A stretch of 64,000 nt of DNA from an uncultured bacterium (GTDB lineage Bacteria > Acidobacteriota > Blastocatellia > Pyrinomonadales > Pyrinomonadaceae), in contig CBFGMX010000001.1 of the NCBI GenBank assembly GCA_965649955.1, positions 16,032 to 80,031 on the forward strand, given 5' to 3'. A model generated the notes under the pieces. That model was given only the letters and a program-made list of their open reading frames with translations. It did no database searches and was not told the DNA's origin. The position numbers were made by a program, and so were the translations under genes. This document shows positions 9,474-18,436 of this stretch, piece after piece (the first letter of the stretch is position 1; each line of letters begins with the position of its first letter).

Positions 9474-9496
9474 TTCGTTTATTTCATGTTTGAACC

Positions 9497-9525
9497 TTGA
9501 CACCAATTTCAATCTAAATAAAAAT
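9497..9525 (+). promoter_or_regulatory. candidate promoter of the TetR gene
   Basis: Perfect TTGACA at 9497-9502, then 16-17 nt, then an A/T-rich -10-like TAAAAAT that abuts the palindrome at 9519-9542. Confidence 0.35.
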
Positions 9526-9542
9526 ACGGACGTTCGTTTTTA
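9519..9542. promoter_or_regulatory. palindromic operator candidate 1 (AAAAAT-ACGGACGTTCGT-TTTTTA)
   Basis: A 12-bp near-perfect palindrome with A/T-run flanks, 8 nt upstream of the TetR ATG. A second, perfect copy lies at 10314-10337. Confidence 0.5.
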
Positions 9543-9549
9543 TAGGCGG

Positions 9550-10269
9550 ATGCCCAAACTCAGTCCCAGCGCGATCGAAAAGAACAAGAGTCGTATCGAA
9601 GAGGCGGCCAAGAAACTCTTCATCAAACAGGGCTTTCACGCCACTTCGATGCGCAACATCGCCGCCAGAGCAGGGACGTCGCTCGGCAATGTCTATAACT
9701 ACTACCGCACCAAGGAAGACATCCTTGGCTCGATCATTGCCAAGTACCAGACGACCATCGACGGCCGCCTGCGTTCGATCTTCGACGAGATCGACGAGCC
9801 GCTTCAACCCGAGTCGCTCATGCGCTTCGGCGGGCAGATCAAGAAGATGGTGAACGACCATCACGACTTCTGGCTGTTGATGTACATCGACGTACTCGAG
9901 TTCGAGAACCGTCACTTTCGCAAGATGTTTGAAGGCCTGGTCCATAACCTGCGCCGTCGCTTCGCCACGCAATTCGCGGAGCTGAAGAGTTGCGGCGCCG
10001 TGCACGGCGACATGGACCCGGCAGTTGGTTTCACCGCCGTCTACATGCAGTTTTTCAACTACTTTCTGGTGGAGAAACTCTTTGGCGGAAACCAGCACTT
10101 CGGTTTGACCGACGAGCAGGTGATCAAGCAGTTGACCGACATGTATTGTCGGGGTTTGTTGGAGAACCACAACGGTGGTTCGCGGGCCACGAAGACTTCA
10201 GCCACAAAAAGGCACAAACAGAAAACTTCGACCACAAAAAGACCGAAGAGGCGCAAACAGAGAACATAG
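9550..10269 (+). CDS. TetR/AcrR family transcriptional regulator with a basic low-complexity C-terminal tail
   Basis: HTH region FIKQGFHATSMRNIAARAGTSLGNVYNYYRTKEDIL. ATG at 9550. The track ORF from 9376 is an upstream in-frame extension. The last ~35 aa (SRATKTSATKRHKQKTSTTKRPKRRKQRT) are encoded by the repeat element at 10186-10315. Confidence 0.85.
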   Translation: MPKLSPSAIEKNKSRIEEAAKKLFIKQGFHATSMRNIAARAGTSLGNVYNYYRTKEDILGSIIAKYQTTIDGRLRSIFDEIDEPLQPESLMRFGGQIKKMVNDHHDFWLLMYIDVLEFENRHFRKMFEGLVHNLRRRFATQFAELKSCGAVHGDMDPAVGFTAVYMQFFNYFLVEKLFGGNQHFGLTDEQVIKQLTDMYCRGLLENHNGGSRATKTSATKRHKQKTSTTKRPKRRKQRT

Positions 10270-10315
10270 ACTCGATCCTTTTGTGTTTCTTGTGTCTTTA
10301 TGTAGCGAAGAAAAG
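10186..10315. repeat. degenerate copy of the CAAAGA-unit hairpin repeat family
   Basis: Direct units CCACAAAAAGGCACAAAC and CCACAAAAAGACCGAAGAGGCGCAAAC are followed by inverted CTTTTGTGTTTCTTGTGTCTTTATGT. The motif family matches 31394-31576 and 61695-61830. Confidence 0.45.
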
Positions 10316-10337
10316 AAAAACGAACGTTCGTGTTTTT
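10314..10337. promoter_or_regulatory. palindromic operator candidate 2 (GAAAAA-ACGAACGTTCGT-GTTTTT)
   Basis: Perfect 12-bp palindrome ACGAACGTTCGT at 10320-10331 with A-run and T-run flanks, 24 nt upstream of the TonB-receptor ATG. Confidence 0.5.
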
Positions 10338-10360
10338 CCCAGACTTGTAGGAGGCAGATT

Positions 10361-13300
10361 ATGTTCACGTCCACTCGAGTAGCTCTCACCTTTTTAATCA
10401 TCCTGGCGTGCTGCGTGGCGACTGCTTTTGCCCAGGGCGGCACCGGACAGCTCAGCGGCAACGTTGTCGATACCAACGGCGCAGCCGTTCCCGGCGCCAC
10501 CGTTAAGCTGACCAGCGGCGTCACCACCCAGGAGCGCGAGGCCGTCACCAACGACTCGGGGGACTTCGTGTTCACACTTCTCCCGGCCGGCCTTTACAAG
10601 CTGGAGATCGCAGCCAGCGGATTTCGCACCGTCGTTGTCGACGAAGTGCGAATCAACGTCACGCAAACCACGACGCTGCCGATACGGCTCGACGCGGCGA
10701 CTGTCTCCGGAATGGTGACGATCAAAGCCGAAGCTCCGCTGGTCCAACAGGAGTCTTCACAGGTCGGCCGCACCATCGAAGAGCAAACGATTCGACAACT
10801 GCCGCTGCCTACCAGGAACTTTCAACAGCTACTGACGCTTTCACCCGGCACCTCCTCGTCGGTCTCGAACAACACGGAGTTGGGACGCGGCGACGCGATC
10901 ATCACCGTCAACGGCCAGCGCACCACCAGTAACAACGTGCGCATCAACGGCATCGACGCCAACTCGATCGGCACCAACTCGACGCCGAACATCGCCGTTC
11001 CGGCCACCGACTCGATCCAGGAGTTCATCGTGCAAACAAGTCTGTACGATGCTTCGCAGGGACGTAATGCCGGTGGCAACGTCGAGGCCATCACCAAATC
11101 CGGCGCAAACCCGTTCCACGGCAACGTTTATTACTTCCTGCGCAACAAGGCGCTGAACGCAAATGACTTCTTTCTCAACGCCGCGGGACGTCCGCGACCG
11201 GAGCTGAGCCGTCACCAGTTTGGCGGCACGCTCGGTGGCCCAATCATCAGAGACCGGCTGTTTTTCTTTGGCTCTTACCAGGGGACCCGCGAAACGAACG
11301 GCGCTTCACTGAACAACAGTTTGATGTCTCCGATAATTCCACCGCAGTTGCGTGACGACAATCGGACGGCGGCGGGCTTGGCTGCCGCTTTCAATCTGCC
11401 GGTCGCGACGATCAATCCCGTGATGGTTAACGTGCTCAACGCCAGGTTGCCGAATGGTGAATTTGCGATTCCGTCGGCCGCGACAGCAACGGGTTTGACG
11501 CCGATCTCAGGTCTGTCTCGCTTTCGTGAAAACCAGTTCAACGCCAATATCGACTGGCGTTTGAACGACCGCCACACGATCAGTTCGAAGAACTTCTTTG
11601 CCAGCAATCCGACTTTCCAGGCCAACTACAATTTCGCCGGTCTCGGCAATGGTCCTACTCAACTGCCGGGCACTGGCGGGACACTCGATATCATTCAGGA
11701 TCTGAACTCGATCACCCACACGTGGGTGATGTCGCCAAAAATCGTCAACCAGGCGCGTTTCGGTTTCAGCCGGTTGCGCGTGACTTCATCCGCCGAAGAA
11801 CCCTTCACCGCGCAGCAGTTTGGTATCAACAGCCCGCTACGCAACCTGTTTCCGGGAATGCCGACGCTGACCGTGACCGGACTGTTCACGCTCGGATCGT
11901 CGCCCTTTGCCGATCAGTCGTCGCGCATCAACGCGTTCACTTACGGCGATACGTTGTCTGTAGTCGCGGGCGATCACCGGTTGCGTTTCGGTGGTGAGTA
12001 TCGGCGTTCGCAGGTCAACTTTTACTTCAACGCTTTCTCGCGAGGACAGGTAATCTTTTCGACCTTCAACAATTTTCTGATCGGTAATGGCGTTTCGATC
12101 ATCGGCTCGGGCGTTTTTGATCGTGCTTTGCGGGTGAATGATTGGAGCGGATTTGTGCAGGACGACTGGAACGTCAACTCGCGCCTGACGTTGAACCTCG
12201 GCCTGCGTTACGACTTCTACGGCTACCCCGTCGATACTCGTGGACGGCTCGTCAACTTCCTGCCTGATCAGTTTCGGCAGGGCACGACGGCGGCGCCCGC
12301 TGGTCCACCCAACGGTTTTGTTCAGGCAGGCAACGGCACACTGCCAGGCGTGCCCGCGGTTGATGACGCACTCATTCCGAGTGATCGAAATAATTTCGCT
12401 CCGCGCATAGGTTTTGCCTACAAGTTGAACGACGAAGGTACGATCGTGGCCCGCGGCGGCTACGGCATCTATTACGATCGATTTTCAACTCGTTACGCCA
12501 ACACGCAGTTGCTGAACTATCCGTATCTGGCATTGGCAGTGGGTCTGCCGGGCATATTGCGGACGATGTCGGATCCGTTTATTCCCGTACCGCAGCCCGG
12601 GCAGTTTCCAGTGAACCCGACGATCCCGTCGCCGTTGTCGCCGCTGTCACCAATCGTCGGTGTGCCGATCAGCGGCATCTTCATCGATCCCGAGCTGCGA
12701 ACGCCGTACGTTCAGCAGTACAACGCGAACGTGCAGTGGGAGTTTGCGAACAACTTCCTGCTCGAGGCGGGCTACGTCGGCTCGAAAGGAACGAAACTGT
12801 TGCAGGTGATCACCCTGAACCAGCCGGTCTACAATCGTGCCGCCAACGTGTTCACGGCGCCGTTTGGCACCTTCTTGTCGACTCAGAAGAACGTGGCCGG
12901 CGGCATTCAACAGGTGCAGTCGAGCTCGAACTCCGATTACAACTCGCTACAACTGAGCGTCACGAAGCGCTTCAGCCGCGGGCTACAGTTCTTGAGCGCG
13001 TACACGTACGGGAAGTCGAACGATTACTATTCGGGTGGGGCCATCAACGAATTGTTTGCCGTCGCCGGCGATCAGTTCAACTGGAAGACCAACTATGGTC
13101 CATCCGATTTCGATAGAAGACACCGGTTCGTCACGAGTTTTGTCTACGATTTGCCGAAGCTGGTGTCTGAATCCAACTCGGCGCGAGTAGTACTCAACAA
13201 CTGGCAATTGAACGGCATCCTGACATTGCAGACAGGCACTCCGTTTTCGATCGTCGACATCGTCGGCAACAACATCATCCAGCGGGCAAACTTTGCCCCC

Positions 13301-13732
13301 GGATTTACTGGCAGCATTGAGACCAGCGGCAGCACGCAGTCGCGTTTGAATGCGTTCTTTAATCCGGCGGCGTTCGTACTGTCACGCCCGATTATCGCGG
13401 GCGGCAACCTGGGTACGCCGAACAACCCGAGGTTCGATCCGAACAACCCGTTTGGCAACACTCCGCGGAACTTTCTCTACGGTCCGGGACAGAAGAACAT
13501 GGACTTTTCCGTCGTCAAGTTCATTCCGATCACGGAAACGGTGAGAGGCGAATTTCGCACGGAGTTTTTCAACCTGTTCAACTGGGCCAACTTCGCGAAC
13601 CCAAACAACAACATCGCGGTGCCTAATTTCGTGAATCCGAACGGCACCGTTGTACCGTCGCCGTTTGGACGGATTACGTCGACGAGCGCCGGTCCGCGAG
13701 TCATCCAGTTTGCCTTCAAGGTGAACTTCTAA
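10361..13732 (+). CDS. TonB-dependent receptor with N-terminal carboxypeptidase-regulatory-like domain
   Basis: GGAGG RBS at 10349, ATG at 10361, signal peptide MFTSTRVALTFLIILACCVATAFAQ. CarboxypepD_reg-like GNVVDTNGAAVPGATVKL...FVFTLLPAGLYKLEI and plug-like region. The C-terminal residue is Phe (FAFKVNF). Confidence 0.9.
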   Translation: MFTSTRVALTFLIILACCVATAFAQGGTGQLSGNVVDTNGAAVPGATVKLTSGVTTQEREAVTNDSGDFVFTLLPAGLYKLEIAASGFRTVVVDEVRINVTQTTTLPIRLDAATVSGMVTIKAEAPLVQQESSQVGRTIEEQTIRQLPLPTRNFQQLLTLSPGTSSSVSNNTELGRGDAIITVNGQRTTSNNVRINGIDANSIGTNSTPNIAVPATDSIQEFIVQTSLYDASQGRNAGGNVEAITKSGANPFHGNVYYFLRNKALNANDFFLNAAGRPRPELSRHQFGGTLGGPIIRDRLFFFGSYQGTRETNGASLNNSLMSPIIPPQLRDDNRTAAGLAAAFNLPVATINPVMVNVLNARLPNGEFAIPSAATATGLTPISGLSRFRENQFNANIDWRLNDRHTISSKNFFASNPTFQANYNFAGLGNGPTQLPGTGGTLDIIQDLNSITHTWVMSPKIVNQARFGFSRLRVTSSAEEPFTAQQFGINSPLRNLFPGMPTLTVTGLFTLGSSPFADQSSRINAFTYGDTLSVVAGDHRLRFGGEYRRSQVNFYFNAFSRGQVIFSTFNNFLIGNGVSIIGSGVFDRALRVNDWSGFVQDDWNVNSRLTLNLGLRYDFYGYPVDTRGRLVNFLPDQFRQGTTAAPAGPPNGFVQAGNGTLPGVPAVDDALIPSDRNNFAPRIGFAYKLNDEGTIVARGGYGIYYDRFSTRYANTQLLNYPYLALAVGLPGILRTMSDPFIPVPQPGQFPVNPTIPSPLSPLSPIVGVPISGIFIDPELRTPYVQQYNANVQWEFANNFLLEAGYVGSKGTKLLQVITLNQPVYNRAANVFTAPFGTFLSTQKNVAGGIQQVQSSSNSDYNSLQLSVTKRFSRGLQFLSAYTYGKSNDYYSGGAINELFAVAGDQFNWKTNYGPSDFDRRHRFVTSFVYDLPKLVSESNSARVVLNNWQLNGILTLQTGTPFSIVDIVGNNIIQRANFAPGFTGSIETSGSTQSRLNAFFNPAAFVLSRPIIAGGNLGTPNNPRFDPNNPFGNTPRNFLYGPGQKNMDFSVVKFIPITETVRGEFRTEFFNLFNWANFANPNNNIAVPNFVNPNGTVVPSPFGRITSTSAGPRVIQFAFKVNF

Positions 13733-14533
13733 GTGCCTAAGATCTCCGTCAATGGTCTGAAGCTTTATTACGAGATCGAAGGCGATGGCGAACCGGTTGT
13801 TTTGATCCCGGGCTTTGCGGCAGGTCGCTGGATTTGGTTCAAGCAGACCAGTGACCTGTCGCGCAACTTTCGCGTTATCGTCTTCGATCCGCGCGGTGTT
13901 TCTGCTTCTGACAAACCGGAAGGCTCGCAGACGATCAGTTTGCTGGCGGACGACGTCGCACATCTGCTGCAAACAATCGGTATCGAGAGTGCGCACATCG
14001 TAGGGGCGTCGTTTGGCGGATTTGTTGCGCAGGAGTTTGCGCTGAAGTATCCGGCGATGACTCGGAAGCTGGTGCTTTGCTGCACGAGTTTTGGTGGTCC
14101 AAACCATGTCGTGCCGACGGTGGAAACGCTGCTTGCACTTGCGTCGACGAAGGGACTCAACAGCGAGGAACGGATGCGCGCAAACCTCTTGCTTGCCTTT
14201 TCGCCCGAATACGTGCAGACGCAAGTCGCGGAGGTGGACCACGTCGTTCACCTGCGATCGATAAACGAGGTGCCGGAACATATCTACCTGAGCCAGTTGC
14301 AGGCGGCGATGAGTTTCAACGCCGAATCGAGACTGGAACAGCTCGACAGGCCGACGCTCGTGTTGACTGGGAATGCAGACGTGATCGTGCCGGTGCAAAA
14401 CTCGCGCAACCTTGCGGCCAAGATTCGGGGTGCGGAGTTGCGGATTATCGAGGGTGGTAGTCACACATTCTTCATCGAACGATCGGCTGAGTTTAATCGC
14501 GTTGTGAGAGAGTTTCTTTCGAGAGGTAATTGA
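13733..14533 (+). CDS. alpha/beta hydrolase (cytoplasmic)
   Basis: GTG start directly after the receptor stop. HG-type oxyanion region and nucleophile elbow GASFGGFVA. C-terminal GGSHTFF. Confidence 0.85.
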   Translation: MPKISVNGLKLYYEIEGDGEPVVLIPGFAAGRWIWFKQTSDLSRNFRVIVFDPRGVSASDKPEGSQTISLLADDVAHLLQTIGIESAHIVGASFGGFVAQEFALKYPAMTRKLVLCCTSFGGPNHVVPTVETLLALASTKGLNSEERMRANLLLAFSPEYVQTQVAEVDHVVHLRSINEVPEHIYLSQLQAAMSFNAESRLEQLDRPTLVLTGNADVIVPVQNSRNLAAKIRGAELRIIEGGSHTFFIERSAEFNRVVREFLSRGN

Positions 14534-15525
14534 GATTGTCGTTCGCAAACATCGTCGGTACCGGTATCTACGTTCCGGAAAAGATCGTCACAAACGATGA
14601 CCTTAGTCGAATACTCGGCGAGGACATCAACGAGTTTGTTACTCAGGTCCTTGGGATTCAGGAACGGCACGTGTGTGCGGAGGATGAAAGCACGGCCGAT
14701 CTGGCGACGAACGCCGGACGGCGCGCCTTGGAAGCCGCTCAACTCGATGCGAGCGAACTGGATCTGATCATCCTCGCTACCGACACCCCGGAACAACTCT
14801 CGCCCGCCACTTCCGTGGTGGTTCAGCACCGGCTCGGCGCGGTGAATGCGGGAACGTTTGATGTGAACTGCGCTTGCGCGGGCTTTGTAACGGCACTCGA
14901 CACTGCGTCCAAATTCATCATTGCCGACGACGCTTATCGCAACGTTCTCGTCATCGGCGCATATGCCATCAGCAAGTTTCTCGATTTGCACGACAAGAAA
15001 ACCGCGACGATCTTCGCCGACGGGGCGGGTGCGGTGGTGCTTCGCGCAGCAGAGGACCGGCCAGGTTATCTCGCGGGCAAACTGCATGCGGACGGCAGTT
15101 TTTACGATCACATGGGGATCTACGCAGGCGGGACGCACTTGCCCATCACCAAAGAGGTATTAGACGAAGGGAAGTGGACCAAGGTGCGTTTTGCGAAGAA
15201 GTATCCCGCCGAGGTGAACACAGAAGGCTGGCCCGCGATCATCAACCAGGTGCTGGCAAAGTCACGGTTAACACTCGGCGATGTCAAGCTGTTTCTCTTC
15301 ACGCAGGTTAACCTGAGCACGATCAAGGAAGTGATGTCGAAGCTTGACCTGCCGATGGAACGCACGCACACGATCATGCAAAAGTGGGGGTACACAGGCT
15401 CGGCGTGCATACCGATGGTCCTTCACGACGCGGTGCAGGCGGGCAAGTTAAACCGCGGCGACAACGTGATCATGTGTGCTTCTGGTGGCGGGTTGAACAT
15501 GGCGTGCGTTGCGTTTCGCTGGTAG
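14530..15525 (+). CDS. FabH-like (KAS III family) protein with a non-canonical active site
   Basis: Full-length colinearity with FabH motifs: IVGTGIYVPE, DVNCACAGF, FADGAGAVVL. The FabH His and Asn positions read T and Y. The TTG start overlaps the upstream stop (TTGA). Confidence 0.85.
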   Translation: MRLSFANIVGTGIYVPEKIVTNDDLSRILGEDINEFVTQVLGIQERHVCAEDESTADLATNAGRRALEAAQLDASELDLIILATDTPEQLSPATSVVVQHRLGAVNAGTFDVNCACAGFVTALDTASKFIIADDAYRNVLVIGAYAISKFLDLHDKKTATIFADGAGAVVLRAAEDRPGYLAGKLHADGSFYDHMGIYAGGTHLPITKEVLDEGKWTKVRFAKKYPAEVNTEGWPAIINQVLAKSRLTLGDVKLFLFTQVNLSTIKEVMSKLDLPMERTHTIMQKWGYTGSACIPMVLHDAVQAGKLNRGDNVIMCASGGGLNMACVAFRW

Positions 15526-15532
15526 TCGATTC

Positions 15533-17155
15533 ATGAACTATCCGACCGTCTATTCCTTGTTTGTAGATCGAATGCGGAAATACGCGGGGGATAATGCCGA
15601 ACCGAGGGATGTCTTCTACTTCCGTTCCGGCGATCGCTGGCAGGGCATCTCGTGGCAGCGCTTCGAGCAGGAGACCTTCGACTTCGCGACCGCTTTGTTG
15701 TCTTACGGTTTGAAGCGCGGCGGCTCGGTTTGCATCCTGATGGGTAACGTCCCCGAGTGGCCCATCAGCGACATCGGAACGATCATCGCCGGTGGAGTCG
15801 GTGTCGGTCTCTATCCGACAAGCTCAACTGAACAGATCGCCTACATCATCGACCATTCTGATGCTGAGTTTGTGTTGGTCGATTCACGCGAGCAATTGCA
15901 GAAGGTCCTCAGCATTCGCGATCAGCTTTCAAAAGTACGACACGTGATCGCGCTGGAAGCGGATGCGTCAAACGACGTCATAAACTACCGCGATTTCATC
16001 GAACGCGGCCGCGCGGAACGCTTGCGACTGGCGTCGTTGCTGAAAGAACGTGCTGAAGGTGCGAAGCCTGACGATGTTGCCATCATGGTCTACACGTCCG
16101 GCACGACTGGCGCTCCGAAGGGCGCGTGTTTGAGTCATCGTTACATCATCAACAGCGTCGAGTCGCTGCGACAAACGATCCCAATCTACGACACCGACGT
16201 TTCATTTTCGTATCTGCCGTTCTGTCACGTGGCGGAAAGAATCTCCGGTCTTTACAACCGGCTCTACGCCGGCGCCTCGGCTTATTTTGTCGACGATCTT
16301 TCACGGCTCGGCGAGTACATGCTCGAGGTGAAACCGACGGTTTTTGCGAGTCTGCCGCGTTTTTTTGAAAAGATTCACGCGCGAGCTGCCGCGGATATGG
16401 AACGTTTGCCGAAGAGTGAACACGCTCGGTTCCTGGCGACGAAGGTCAAAGATTACTTTGGCGGACGTATTCGTCTTGCGACGTCAGGAGGAGCGCCCCT
16501 GCCGCTCGAAGTCGCGGAGTTCTTCGCCGCGGCGGGCCTGCCGATCTTGCAGGCGTATGGCCTGACTGAAAACGTTTGCGTCGCTTTCAATCGTCCTTAC
16601 GAATACAAGTTCGGTACGGTGGGACCGCCGATGCCCGGATGCGAAGTGAGGATTGCCGCGGACAAGGAGATTCTGGTTCGCAGTGAAATGATGTTCAGCG
16701 GCTACTACAAAGCACCGGAGGAGACAGCGAAAGTCTTTTCTGACGGCTGGCTGCTCACCGGCGATCTTGGTGAGTTTGACGAGGATGGTTTTCTGAAGAT
16801 CATCGGCCGCAAGAAGGAGTTGATCGTTACTTCCACCGGAAAGAAAGTCTCACCGGCGCTGCTGGAAAACATGCTGAAAGAGCATCACGTGATCAGCCAG
16901 GCGATGGTCTACGGCGAAGGACGAAGCTACCTGGTCGCATTGATCACGGTGAACGCCGCCGTTGAGCGCGATACGATTCAGTCAATAATCGACAACGTGA
17001 ACCGACGCGTATCGTCCACTGAATCAATTCGCCGCTTCGCGATCCTCGACCGTGATTTCGAGATCGAGCGCGACGAGATCACTCCCACCGGAAAACTGAA
17101 GCGCGACGTAATTACCAACCGTTTTCGAGAGGTGATCGATGAACTCTACGCTTAA
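15533..17155 (+). CDS. long-chain acyl-CoA synthetase (AMP-forming, FAA1/FadD-like)
   Basis: P-loop YTSGTTGAPKGA, YGLTEN, TGDLGEFDEDGFLKIIGRKKELIVTSTGKKVSP. ATG at 15533; the track starts at a TTG 24 nt earlier. Confidence 0.88.
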   Translation: MNYPTVYSLFVDRMRKYAGDNAEPRDVFYFRSGDRWQGISWQRFEQETFDFATALLSYGLKRGGSVCILMGNVPEWPISDIGTIIAGGVGVGLYPTSSTEQIAYIIDHSDAEFVLVDSREQLQKVLSIRDQLSKVRHVIALEADASNDVINYRDFIERGRAERLRLASLLKERAEGAKPDDVAIMVYTSGTTGAPKGACLSHRYIINSVESLRQTIPIYDTDVSFSYLPFCHVAERISGLYNRLYAGASAYFVDDLSRLGEYMLEVKPTVFASLPRFFEKIHARAAADMERLPKSEHARFLATKVKDYFGGRIRLATSGGAPLPLEVAEFFAAAGLPILQAYGLTENVCVAFNRPYEYKFGTVGPPMPGCEVRIAADKEILVRSEMMFSGYYKAPEETAKVFSDGWLLTGDLGEFDEDGFLKIIGRKKELIVTSTGKKVSPALLENMLKEHHVISQAMVYGEGRSYLVALITVNAAVERDTIQSIIDNVNRRVSSTESIRRFAILDRDFEIERDEITPTGKLKRDVITNRFREVIDELYA

Positions 17156-18029
17156 ACCCGCGAGACGTCTTATCAGCACGTTGCTGTTATTGACCGCGAG
17201 CGTCATCACGGTTGCCGCGCAAACAAGCACAGCAACTGCGCCGGCGGCGAAAGAGGTGCTCGTCTTCGGCCAGAAGATCCAGTACGTCGAAGCGGGTTCG
17301 GGACCAACCGTGATCCTGCTGCACGGCCTGGGTGGTTCAGCGCAGGTGTGGCAGCTCAACATCGGGCCGCTGGCTGAGAAGTATCGCGTGATCGTCCCCG
17401 ACCAGATCGGCTTCGGAAAGTCCGACAAACCCCTCGTCAACTATCGCATTCGTACTTACGTCGACTTCCTGGATCAGTTCTGCAAGCAACTGAAGATCGA
17501 GCGCGCGTCGCTCGTTGGCAATTCGATGGGTGGATGGATCGCAGCGATGTTTGCTGCGTCTTTTCCCGATCGTGTCGACAAGCTGGTGCTGGTGGATGCC
17601 GCCGGTTACGCGCCGCCGAAGGGGTTCGATACCCGAGTATTTTACGGTTTGAATCCGACGACGAGGGAAGGGATGAAAGTCCTTTCGGCGAAGGTCTTTT
17701 ACAGCAAGATATTTCAAACAGACGTCGCCATCGACCAGGCGATCGCCGCGCGGCTGGCGGCCGGCGACGGTTACACGATCAACAGCATCACGGAATCGAT
17801 TATCCGCGGCGAAGACCTTCTAGACGAGACTGTGAAAACGATCAAGCGGCCGACGCTGATCGTTTGGGGACGCGAAGACGGTCTAACGCCGCTGTCGGAC
17901 GGTGAGCGATTCAATAAAGACATTGCCGGTTCGAGGCTGGTTGTTTTCGATCAGTGCGGGCACGTGCCGAACTTTGAAAAAGCTGTGGAGTTCAATGCGG
18001 CGGTAATCAAGTTTCTGGGAGAGAAATGA
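17139..18029 (+). CDS. secreted alpha/beta hydrolase
   Basis: Signal peptide ...LLLLTASVITVAAQ, HGLGGS, nucleophile elbow GNSMGGWIA, C-terminal CGHVPNFE. Overlaps the ligase gene by 17 nt. Confidence 0.85.
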   Translation: MNSTLKPARRLISTLLLLTASVITVAAQTSTATAPAAKEVLVFGQKIQYVEAGSGPTVILLHGLGGSAQVWQLNIGPLAEKYRVIVPDQIGFGKSDKPLVNYRIRTYVDFLDQFCKQLKIERASLVGNSMGGWIAAMFAASFPDRVDKLVLVDAAGYAPPKGFDTRVFYGLNPTTREGMKVLSAKVFYSKIFQTDVAIDQAIAARLAAGDGYTINSITESIIRGEDLLDETVKTIKRPTLIVWGREDGLTPLSDGERFNKDIAGSRLVVFDQCGHVPNFEKAVEFNAAVIKFLGEK

Positions 18030-18430
18030 AACTCAACGCCGGCGACAGCGCCGAAATAACAAAGACCATCGGGGAAGCGGACATAGTTGCGTTTGCTGAG
18101 GTGACAGGAGATCACAATCCCGTTCACCTCGACGAATCGTTCGCGCAAAAGACGCGCTTTGGACGGCGGATCGCGCATGGGATGTTGACCGCGTCGCTGA
18201 TCTCGGCGGTGCTTGCAAACAAACTACCGGGGCAGGGAAGCGTGTATTTAGGTCAGACGCTTCAGTTCGTGGCGCCGGTGTTTCCGGGTGACGAGGTGAC
18301 GGCTCGCGTTACTGTGACGGCGGTCCGCGACGACAAACCCATCGTGAAGCTCGAAACGATATGCGTGAACCAGCGCGGCGAGACTGTTATTCGCGGTGAA
18401 GCAACGGTTCTTCTTAGTGATGTCGAGTGA
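18026..18430 (+). CDS. MaoC-like (R)-specific enoyl-CoA hydratase
   Basis: Hydratase motif FAEVTGDHNPVHLDESFA, hot-dog-fold size (134 aa). ATGA overlap with the upstream gene. Confidence 0.88.
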   Translation: MKLNAGDSAEITKTIGEADIVAFAEVTGDHNPVHLDESFAQKTRFGRRIAHGMLTASLISAVLANKLPGQGSVYLGQTLQFVAPVFPGDEVTARVTVTAVRDDKPIVKLETICVNQRGETVIRGEATVLLSDVE

Positions 18431-18436
18431 TGTGAA

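Noticed and set aside
9376-9549. An upstream extension of the TetR ORF. Similar extensions appear at 10175-10360 (TonB receptor), 21139-21222 (NarL regulator), 26962-27060 (NagB-like) and 29505-29639 (kdgK).
   Set aside because: Each extension runs through an intergenic or neighbouring coding region. Each is followed by a better internal start that gives a canonical N-terminus: an HTH lead-in, a signal peptide after GGAGG, MAKLKILLAEDH, or a GTGA stop/start overlap.
13382-14548. A 388-aa ORF on the minus strand spanning the end of the TonB receptor gene, the whole alpha/beta hydrolase gene and the start of the FabH-like gene.
   Set aside because: It is antisense to three well-supported genes with clear family motifs. 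Its translation is Arg/His/Val-rich low-information sequence typical of open antisense frames in high-GC DNA, and it has no recognisable domain.
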